64,000 nt of DNA from a virus. The notes beneath the pieces were generated by a model. The model saw only the letters and a program-made list of their open reading frames with translations, had not been told where the DNA came from and did not search any database. The stretch is taken from the IMG/VR virus record IMGVR_UViG_3300044970_001982, positions 32,001-96,000 of that record. One strand, written 5' to 3'. A program made the position numbers and the translations under genes. Below are positions 56,882 to 64,000 of the stretch, piece by piece. The first letter of the stretch is position 1; every line of letters begins with the position of its first letter.

Positions 56882-58117
56882 TTATAGATTAATGGCTACT
56901 CTGACTTCGATTTCTTTGAGCTCGAAGGCAGGTGTTAAAATGAGGTCTACAATCGCCTTATTTTCGTTTGGTATATAAGAGACTGTAAAGTCACTACCAA
57001 GTAAGGCTCCTACTATTTGCATTCCTCTCAAGCCAGATGTTATTGCTGTTTCCATTGCATTGCGTGTTTGAATGTTTGATGGCTCACCAACAAATCTCTG
57101 GCAGGCTTGTCTTACAACTGATGTTGCGTCGTCAACAATTCTCTTTGTTGAGAGACGTGTGTAATCTGATGTTGACCAAGCAAATGTTAGGCCTTCACCA
57201 AATACTGGAATCTTGTTAAAGTTTATAATTACAGAGTTAACGCCCTTTGTTCCCAAAGCTGCCTGCTGAGTTCTTGTTGGAGCGTAGCGAACAGAATCTA
57301 TGTTGTACAAAGGCTTATTAACTACTGAGCTATAAGAAGGATTTAGGCTCATAGTTGCAGCTAAGTTAGCTGCACCATTTGAGTATCCAAATTCTGTTGT
57401 GCCAGATACATAATTAACTGGCTTAACCTCTGATGCTACGATTGTAACATATGGTCCAACTTCCTTAAGAAGATCACTGGCGTCACGATCTGGCAATGAG
57501 CTAACAGCTAAGTGTGAGTTAACCTGACCAGGAGTCATTGTTTCTGAAGCTCCTGTATAGGGCTTGATTCCCATAACGGCGACGCATGGGTTAATATTCT
57601 CTGAAATGTCCTTAACCTTAGCTGCTACCTTATAGGCCCAGTTGCTAGTTACTGTGGCACTATTATCTGCATAGAAACCAAATTCTGGAGAACTTGGAGT
57701 AGCTGCCCATTCATCTGGATGAGCGCCTCTTCCCCATGGAATAATAACATCAGGAATAACAGCTTCAGCTGCAATGAATGCAGCGTCAAAAACACTGCCG
57801 CCATATGAGCTACTTGTTACTGTTCCGGTACTATGGGTCCATGTTGTATCGCTTGGCAACGGAACAATATACACTCTGCCGGCACCAGCTAAAATAAGTT
57901 CTAGGTAGGCGCGGTGAGCATCTGAGCCATCGCCAAATGCAGTGATAACATCAGCCTCATTAGAGGCTCTAACGACATCAAGATCAGCTACAGAACCTGT
58001 GCCACTGGCGGTACTACGCTTGGCAATCGCAACGATTCTGGGACCAACTGGTGTGTCCTGACGTGAGACGCTATAGAAGCGATCTCTTATTAAAGTTTTT
58101 ACTCCAGGTGTAGCCAT
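56882..58117 (-). CDS. Tail sheath protein (compact)
   Basis: MATPGVKT N-terminal arm; C-terminal RLSTKRIVD...FVGEPSN...AIVDLILTPAFELKEIEVRV; GGAGG RBS. Confidence 0.88.
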   Translation of the reverse strand: MATPGVKTLIRDRFYSVSRQDTPVGPRIVAIAKRSTASGTGSVADLDVVRASNEADVITAFGDGSDAHRAYLELILAGAGRVYIVPLPSDTTWTHSTGTVTSSSYGGSVFDAAFIAAEAVIPDVIIPWGRGAHPDEWAATPSSPEFGFYADNSATVTSNWAYKVAAKVKDISENINPCVAVMGIKPYTGASETMTPGQVNSHLAVSSLPDRDASDLLKEVGPYVTIVASEVKPVNYVSGTTEFGYSNGAANLAATMSLNPSYSSVVNKPLYNIDSVRYAPTRTQQAALGTKGVNSVIINFNKIPVFGEGLTFAWSTSDYTRLSTKRIVDDATSVVRQACQRFVGEPSNIQTRNAMETAITSGLRGMQIVGALLGSDFTVSYIPNENKAIVDLILTPAFELKEIEVRVAINL

Positions 58118-58162
58118 GTTGTATTTTATCCTCCAAATTAAAAGACGTATTTGAATCTTTCT

Positions 58163-58194
58163 TTATAGTAACACCTAAGTTATAAAAACAACTA
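58163..58194 (-). promoter_or_regulatory. Candidate phage late promoter TAGTT-N18-TTACTATAA
   Basis: Identical boxes and spacing to 6588-6619; lies 46 nt upstream of the sheath start. Confidence 0.65.
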
Positions 58195-58231
58195 CATACT
58201 TAAATTGACTATCTTCAGAATATATAGGCTT

Positions 58232-59194
58232 TTATGTATTGGGTGTTGCATTTTGGAATAGATCAACTATATTTCCAGTTGTTCCTTCAATATTTGGTGT
58301 AGCCAATTGATTTCTTAATAGATCTCGTTCATATGCCATCCACATTCTTGCATCTACAGCTATCGACTCTATTCTTTCATTCTTAATTGCATACGTCTTT
58401 TCTGTTGTTAACATATATGTAACAGTTCTTTTGTGTATGTCACTTCCAGCTCTATTAATTTCTGAGTCAGCCAATCTTCTAGAATAGAATAACTCCGATG
58501 CTCCAGCTGCTTTAAATATTGGAGTATACTCAATCATAAAATCTTCAAATGCCTCAATAATCTGATCACACAAAACTGCAGCGTCTAGATCGTCTCTTGT
58601 TGTTGTTTCTCCATTAAATCCCTGAAAAGTTCCAACTTTAGCCATTACAGTAAAGCCAATTACATTTTGAAATCTTTGGCCATAAATTGTGTAATGATTA
58701 TTAGCTGAACTAACAATATTTTGTCTCATTCTTGGTTTTGGTTCTGTTGTATGAGATTTTCTTAACTCTAGGTGATATCCAATTATTGCTGGATATTCAC
58801 CAATATTTGGAACGGTATCATTTGGTGCGGAAGAAATATCTGACACACCTGATGATGAATTAAATCCGACTCCAGATGTTGAACCCTGAGAATATAAGTC
58901 TCCATCTCCTAGTGTCTTTGCTTGCCAAACATTTGTTGAGTCTTGATAAGAAACGCTTGACTCACGATTTATTGACATTGGCAAAATGGGTATTAATGGA
59001 TTTGAATCTTCCCATAGTTTTTTAACTAAACTAATAAATTCTAAGTATGTTAAATTACCAGAATAGATTTCTTCAATTCCATCTTCATCTACTCTTCTAT
59101 AACCGGGAGCTTGCAATGATTCGACTCCAAACTGTCTTTGAACACCATAGAAGTGAGTTTGATAAGTGGGAAAGCCTCTGTTTATATAAACCAT
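58232..59194 (-). CDS. Probable tail completion/terminator-type neck protein
   Basis: Position just before the sheath; GQRFQNVIGFTV...IIEAFEDFMIEY...RTVTYML; ends with two ATPN motifs. Confidence 0.55.
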   Translation of the reverse strand: MVYINRGFPTYQTHFYGVQRQFGVESLQAPGYRRVDEDGIEEIYSGNLTYLEFISLVKKLWEDSNPLIPILPMSINRESSVSYQDSTNVWQAKTLGDGDLYSQGSTSGVGFNSSSGVSDISSAPNDTVPNIGEYPAIIGYHLELRKSHTTEPKPRMRQNIVSSANNHYTIYGQRFQNVIGFTVMAKVGTFQGFNGETTTRDDLDAAVLCDQIIEAFEDFMIEYTPIFKAAGASELFYSRRLADSEINRAGSDIHKRTVTYMLTTEKTYAIKNERIESIAVDARMWMAYERDLLRNQLATPNIEGTTGNIVDLFQNATPNT

Positions 59195-59195
59195 T

Positions 59196-60815
59196 TTATG
59201 CTCCGGGTCCTGCTGCTAAACTAAAGTTTACCCTCTTTAATCCAAGAGAAGAAATTAGTTCAATTTCAAATATTAATTTTCCTGAATTTATTTCACTAGT
59301 GTCTATTCCAAGTGAAAAATCTATAATTATATTTTTATTCTTTAAACTCAATAAGAATAGTTTAGTGTCAGAAATTATTCTGTCATAATTAATCATGTCA
59401 AAATTTGACAAACATATACCTTTTACTTCACTAACGACTAAAGAAACTAATCTCATCTGCGCAGTTTTTGAAAAAACAGAATCTGGACTAGCCATTGTGT
59501 ATTCATTGGTTAAATATACTTCAAATGGAACTGCTCTTCTTGTCTTCTTTCCTCTGTATAGAGTATTGATACCAAGCTGTTCTAATTGCTCATACTCTGA
59601 GAAAGTTAAATCAGCTCCATATAAAGACATTGCTCCGGGAATTCTTGTTCTTATTAAAGACTTATTTAAGCTTGCTGATGCTAACATTCCAGCAACAGCG
59701 GTAGCAGCAGTTGAGGTATAACTAACCTTAAGTTGAGGATGCTGAAAAACAAGTTCTCCATAAACTGGAATAACATATCTTCCTTTATCAGAAATTATTT
59801 GAGTACCGTAAGCGTACTGAGTGAGTTTATCTGTAAAAATATAATCTTCTTTTAAAAGATCTATATCTGATGATTTTATTCCGTTTGAACGAGAGCCAAT
59901 AATTCCCATCTGAACATTTCCTGTTGTATTATGAAAATTATTTAGATAATCTGCTAACTGTATAATAAAATCAACATCTCCAGTATTTATAATAGACGTT
60001 TCTAGTGGAACTATTATGTCTATAAAATCTAAATTAATAATAGATTCATAGGTTTCTGCTAACCGATCATAATATCTCTCGTAAAAGTTTTGAGAACTGG
60101 GGGTTGCATCATTTAAACTAAATAAAGTTGTTTCTATTAATCGATTATCGTATTTATCTACATACTCTATCATTGGCGCAGCAGCGCATATCATAATGTC
60201 TCTAGCTCCACAAGAGTATGCGTCTAATACACCTCTTAATAATGGACTATTAATATTTCCATTTAACAGATCAATTGCGTGCTGAATGGAATTTATTTTT
60301 ACTGGAAAATTTAATTCTATTCCATCTGCGTGGCCTACTAAAAGTATCGTATTTGTATTAGATCTATTTAATTGCTCATATGTTGGATTATAATTTATAA
60401 TACCAGATTTAGGAGCAACAACTGAAGTTGGAGATAATGAAGATGTTCCAGCTTTTACCTGAAAAGGTGAGGCTACATTAATTGTTTGTACCTCAGAAGA
60501 TGTTCTTGCTATTACTGAATATTTATATTCAAATAAACTTTGAGGAACTGTGTAATGAAAAGTATATTCTCCAGCAGAAATTCGTTCTATTCTATTTCCA
60601 GTTTCTTCTGGATCCTGATTCAAAAGAGAGTATGGCCCATCTATTAGTGCGCCACCTGCGGACTCACCTCTCAAAACATATACTACTACATCTACTGGGG
60701 TAGCTAATCCTGCTGGATCGTATATACTTCCATCATAATCTGTAAATATGAATTTGAACTGAGCGGATTGTCCCTTAGTTAAAACTAACATATTACTTCT
60801 CTCTTGTAGCGCCAA
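59196..60815 (-). CDS. Second sheath-like protein with N-terminal Ig-like domain
   Basis: PVKINSIQHAIDLL...LLRGVLDAYSCGARDI, LEQLGINTL, QMRLVSLVV, FEIELISSLGLKRV are sheath-type; N-terminal SAGEYTFHYTVP is Ig-like. Confidence 0.7.
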   Translation of the reverse strand: MALQERSNMLVLTKGQSAQFKFIFTDYDGSIYDPAGLATPVDVVVYVLRGESAGGALIDGPYSLLNQDPEETGNRIERISAGEYTFHYTVPQSLFEYKYSVIARTSSEVQTINVASPFQVKAGTSSLSPTSVVAPKSGIINYNPTYEQLNRSNTNTILLVGHADGIELNFPVKINSIQHAIDLLNGNINSPLLRGVLDAYSCGARDIMICAAAPMIEYVDKYDNRLIETTLFSLNDATPSSQNFYERYYDRLAETYESIINLDFIDIIVPLETSIINTGDVDFIIQLADYLNNFHNTTGNVQMGIIGSRSNGIKSSDIDLLKEDYIFTDKLTQYAYGTQIISDKGRYVIPVYGELVFQHPQLKVSYTSTAATAVAGMLASASLNKSLIRTRIPGAMSLYGADLTFSEYEQLEQLGINTLYRGKKTRRAVPFEVYLTNEYTMASPDSVFSKTAQMRLVSLVVSEVKGICLSNFDMINYDRIISDTKLFLLSLKNKNIIIDFSLGIDTSEINSGKLIFEIELISSLGLKRVNFSLAAGPGA

Positions 60816-61200
60816 CTACCCAATAATTAATTTTCCCCTGACGACCCCTTACTGCTGTAACTGCGTCTATTCTAAATAAGGTGTAATTCTTAGATGCTTT
60901 TAAGGAGAAGTTTTCGTATATTCTATCTCCTTCTTTGGGATATATGTGATCCTCAAAATAATAAACGGCGTCATAATTAGTGTAAAGACCTTCTGGAAAT
61001 TCTTGAGAAGCGTTGGCGTTTGATGTTCCTGATTGACCTACCTGTCTGGTGGTCACTCTTTCAAATTGATTAGCGTGGTTGCCATTAGCCAATATTCTTT
61101 GAACATAAACGTCATGACCCCATTCACGAAGTATTTTCTTAAATGATCTTCTAATATCAATCATACTTCTTGAACCCTCTCTTAGGCATCGGGTCATCAT
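60793..61200 (-). CDS. Probable head-closure/neck protein (likely start MIDIRR at 61164)
   Basis: LREWGHDVYVQR...YYFEDHIYPKEGDRI...RGRQGKINYW; position in the neck region. Confidence 0.6.
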   Translation of the reverse strand: MMTRCLREGSRSMIDIRRSFKKILREWGHDVYVQRILANGNHANQFERVTTRQVGQSGTSNANASQEFPEGLYTNYDAVYYFEDHIYPKEGDRIYENFSLKASKNYTLFRIDAVTAVRGRQGKINYWVVGATREK

Positions 61201-62044
61201 TTAGTGATGTTGTTGTTCCATTCGGATCGTAAAGTTCTCTTCCGGAAGGATAAACAATTTTATCATTTAGTTTGCTATCATAAATAGAAAGTCCTGGAAG
61301 ACTCTTAGGTTGAAAGCCTTTTGGACCGACCTTACCTGCTAATATTTCTTTTCTCAATGATGCCGCTATTTGACACCAGGTTGTGGCATTGTCTCTTGTT
61401 ACCTTATTTCTTGGCATTGATCTATTCATGATCGATAGATCACCCAATCTTACTGATACTTCGTCATCTCCACCAAATCCATATGTTCTACTTAATTCAC
61501 ATGCAGTAGCAGCTTTGATGTATTCTAAAACTGTAAAAGATAGGTTACTTCCATCTTCTTCATCTAACAGATTATATAAAGCCTTAACTTCATTAGAATA
61601 ATTGTGTATTATCTCTCCTATTTCAAGCAGGGAGGCATCCGGAAAATAAGGAATGAGCGACTCTGGATCAAGGTATAGTGGATCAACGTCAGGCGCAAAA
61701 GCTATAATTTCTTCTGTTTTTAATATAACTGTTGGCTTAAATTCTTCTTCTAAAGAAGAAACATATAATTTTTGCTGAACTATTACATTATTTCCAGAAT
61801 CTAATGTCCCAGTAAATTTTACACTGTATGTATCAGCTGATGTTGGCGTATAATCATAGTACCATACAGATGGTGTTAATTCTTCCGCGCTTTCAGATAT
61901 AAGCTGGTTATTGTCAGAGTCATATATCTTAACATTTACAGCGGCTGGATATATATCAACTTGTTCGCCAGTTGTGGGATCTGTATCTACAAACTTAACC
62001 CGAATTCTTACTGTATCATTAACCAATATTTTTTCTGTAGACAT
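61157..62044 (-). CDS. Probable head-tail adaptor with N-terminal Ig-like domain
   Basis: N-terminal beta domain (WYYDYTP...YSVKFTG), then helical region and SVRLGDLSI hairpin typical of adaptors. Confidence 0.55.
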   Translation of the reverse strand: MSTEKILVNDTVRIRVKFVDTDPTTGEQVDIYPAAVNVKIYDSDNNQLISESAEELTPSVWYYDYTPTSADTYSVKFTGTLDSGNNVIVQQKLYVSSLEEEFKPTVILKTEEIIAFAPDVDPLYLDPESLIPYFPDASLLEIGEIIHNYSNEVKALYNLLDEEDGSNLSFTVLEYIKAATACELSRTYGFGGDDEVSVRLGDLSIMNRSMPRNKVTRDNATTWCQIAASLRKEILAGKVGPKGFQPKSLPGLSIYDSKLNDKIVYPSGRELYDPNGTTTSLNDDPMPKRGFKKYD

Positions 62045-62058
62045 ATTTAACCTCTATC

Positions 62059-62436
62059 TTAAGCAGTTGGTATTATAGTAACGTCTACAGTGCCAGCTGA
62101 ATTTTCACTTAAAATAATTGTCTCTGCTTGAGATATAGCAAACGCGTCATCTTCCAAGACATTGAATACAATAAAACCCTCTTGATTATTTAATGTACTA
62201 AAACTCATTGATGAAGTTGAATTAGTGATATCAACTAATCCAGTAGAGGAAACTATATTGTGAGTACTTACAAATACAAGTGTAGAATTAATACTTTCTG
62301 GAGATATTAATAATACACCTAATATTTTAGGATTATTAAGTACAGCTGTTGGGCCGAATGATTCTGGAGCTACTACCCTTATTCCATTATATTGGAAATA
62401 AGGTTCATTATAATTAATTTCTCCATTATAAATCAT
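62059..62436 (-). CDS. Hypothetical structural protein
   Basis: 125 aa; N-terminal YNGEINYNEPYFQYNG tyrosine repeat. Confidence 0.55.
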   Translation of the reverse strand: MIYNGEINYNEPYFQYNGIRVVAPESFGPTAVLNNPKILGVLLISPESINSTLVFVSTHNIVSSTGLVDITNSTSSMSFSTLNNQEGFIVFNVLEDDAFAISQAETIILSENSAGTVDVTIIPTA

Positions 62437-62451
62437 CTAAGTATCTCTCTA

Positions 62452-64000
62452 TTAGAAAGAACCGCCATCTATTGTAACGTTATCTATGCTTCCACCAGTA
62501 ATAGACACATTGTTTGAATTTTGTGTAGCTATTGTTCCCAAACCTAATGTTGTTCTAGCTGTCGAAGCATCAGCGTCATCTACTAGTGACCGACCAAAGG
62601 AGGTAAATGTGGCAAGAGCTGCTGTTCCACTTCCAGTGAAGTATGGCAATTTATCAGTTGCCGATGCAAGACCTGCTATTGCAGCAAGCTCTGCATCGTA
62701 AGCCTGAACATCTGTTCCGATTACCAAACCTAGATTTGATCTAGCTGTTGATGCGTCTGTTGCTCCGGTTCCACCATTTGCTATAGCAATGGTTGTACCA
62801 TTCCATGTACCAGTAGTAATTGTACCCAGTGTCGTGATACTTGACTGTCCAGCGTATGTTGATGCAATATCTATTGCGTCTGATGTAACGCTTATTCTAT
62901 CTGAGGTACCACCAATTGCAATAACACCATTTGAAAATGTTAAACCATTTCCAGCTATTGTGCTATTTACCTGAAGTTCATCTGAAGTTATAAGTAGTCC
63001 ACTATTAGATGCTAGATTAATATTAAAGGTAGAACCATCTAATACTAATCCGCTTCCAGGAAGGTATGTTCCTGCACCAGAGAACTGAATCCAGTTTACT
63101 GCGTCTGTTCCAACAGTTCCAACTTCGTCTGCAGTAACCCAGCCAGTATTACCATAATTATCTCCGCTATCAACGAAAACAAAGTCTCCACCAGCAATTT
63201 CTGCTGCTGTATCAAAGTCAGTAGCTCTTGTTAATACTGTACCGCCTGTTGCCCATGTGTAAATACCGTTATGAGCTGCAGTTGCTTGATTCTTAACTAG
63301 GATTCTGTCTCCATTTTGGAGGTTATAGTTATCAAGTGCAGTTAATGCTGTACCTAGAGTAAGAGTAGCTCCAACTCCATCGGTTCCATTGCTATATGTA
63401 ACAGAGCCACCAGTTATGCTGGCTAAAGTAGCTCCAGTTGCTGCCTTAACGGTGGCATGAATGTGTAGTCCTTGAGTAGCTGAATCTACATAAGCTTTTG
63501 TTGCAGCGTCTTGTGGATTTTCTGGATTTGCAAGATTTTCTATTCTTGCACTATTAACAGAAATGTGACCTGTTCCGTTTGGATCTAATGAAATTCCACC
63601 GTTTGTATCTGTTGCAGAAATTGTATTTCCATCTATTCTAATATTATCAACATCTAGCTGCTGTAGTCCAGCTAAAGTGTTGCTAGTAGCTCCAAGTGCT
63701 GTTGAAGTTGTACCAATTGTTATAGATGAATTTGTAAGTGAACCATTTCCAATATTTGTAATTGTGTTATTTGAACCACTAATTGTCTTATTAGTTAATG
63801 TATCAGTTGTTGCTTTACCGACGAGAGTGTCAGTTGCAGCAGGTAATGTTAGAATTCCTGATGCGGTTGCACTAGCAATAACATTGGTTGTTCCAGATGT
63901 AGAACCAGTGAAGTACATACCAGTACCAGTGGTATAAAGGTTTGTAATGGTTGGACTGGATGAAAGGACTACATTAGCGCCAGAACCAACATATGAAGTA
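62452..64000 (-). CDS. Fibre/appendage protein, 5'-truncated (frame open to the window edge, so Met 63918 is internal)
   Basis: Gly/Thr/Ser-rich fibre repeats [27 protein letters not shown]...[29 protein letters not shown]; upstream frame reads [27 protein letters not shown] with no stop. Confidence 0.85.
   Translation of the reverse strand, partial: TSYVGSGANVVLSSSPTITNLYTTGTGMYFTGSTSGTTNVIASATASGILTLPAATDTLVGKATTDTLTNKTISGSNNTITNIGNGSLTNSSITIGTTSTALGATSNTLAGLQQLDVDNIRIDGNTISATDTNGGISLDPNGTGHISVNSARIENLANPENPQDAATKAYVDSATQGLHIHATVKAATGATLASITGGSVTYSNGTDGVGATLTLGTALTALDNYNLQNGDRILVKNQATAAHNGIYTWATGGTVLTRATDFDTAAEIAGGDFVFVDSGDNYGNTGWVTADEVGTVGTDAVNWIQFSGAGTYLPGSGLVLDGSTFNINLASNSGLLITSDELQVNSTIAGNGLTFSNGVIAIGGTSDRISVTSDAIDIASTYAGQSSITTLGTITTGTWNGTTIAIANGGTGATDASTARSNLGLVIGTDVQAYDAELAAIAGLASATDKLPYFTGSGTAALATFTSFGRSLVDDADASTARTTLGLGTIATQNSNNVSITGGSIDNVTIDGGSF

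Noticed and set aside
53156-60815. Extracellular contractile injection system or tailocin rather than a phage
   Set aside because: Multiple sheath and tube paralogues are eCIS-like, but head-tail adaptor/closure-like genes, a holin and phage-type nucleotide metabolism genes on one strand indicate a phage; capsid genes are presumably outside the window.
1164-63937. All plus-strand ORFs in the track (60-136 aa)
   Set aside because: Each lies antisense to a longer, motif-bearing minus-strand gene and has no recognisable motif; these are shadow ORFs.
1-64000. Stop-codon reassignment (alternative genetic code)
   Set aside because: Very long ORFs are intact in the standard code, and TAA, TAG and TGA all end genes at tight junctions.
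1-64000. tRNA, rRNA, CRISPR array, intron/intein or mobile element
   Set aside because: Intergenic gaps are under about 150 nt, and I saw no cloverleaf, repeat-spacer pattern, transposase, homing endonuclease or intein motifs. nrdJ and thyX are uninterrupted. A covariance search was not run.

Overview
A 64 kb, AT-rich (roughly one-third GC by eye), densely packed segment of a large contractile-tailed phage genome. All credible genes are on the minus strand and read in the standard code. In transcription order (right to left) the window holds: a 5'-truncated fibre protein; neck/connector genes; two sheath-like and three tube-like paralogues; two paralogous tail-assembly chaperones; a 2220-aa tape measure protein; a 1549-aa protein with the motifs of a single-chain double-psi-beta-barrel (DPBB) RNA polymerase; a 3745-aa tube-initiator/hub fusion ending in a thermonuclease domain; a two-domain tail lysin; a split spike; baseplate wedge proteins; four paralogous peripheral baseplate proteins; and an r1t-type holin. 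After a terminator comes a nucleotide-metabolism block (class II RNR, variant ThyX, dCMP deaminase) and, missed by the ORF track, a GT2 glycosyltransferase running off the left edge. The holin and the adjacent membrane protein suggest an actinobacterial host (inference). The strongest leads are: (1) a candidate virion RNA polymerase coupled to the tape measure gene, with a non-canonical DLDD catalytic loop and an apparently permuted catalytic barrel; (2) a strongly over-represented A-T-P / [AST]-T-P tripeptide confined to particular tail proteins, a candidate modification sequon that may pair with the phage glycosyltransferase; (3) a nuclease-tipped giant hub; (4) a bipartite phage-specific late promoter, TAGTT-N18-TTACTATAA. 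All family calls come from motif recognition by eye; no searches were run.
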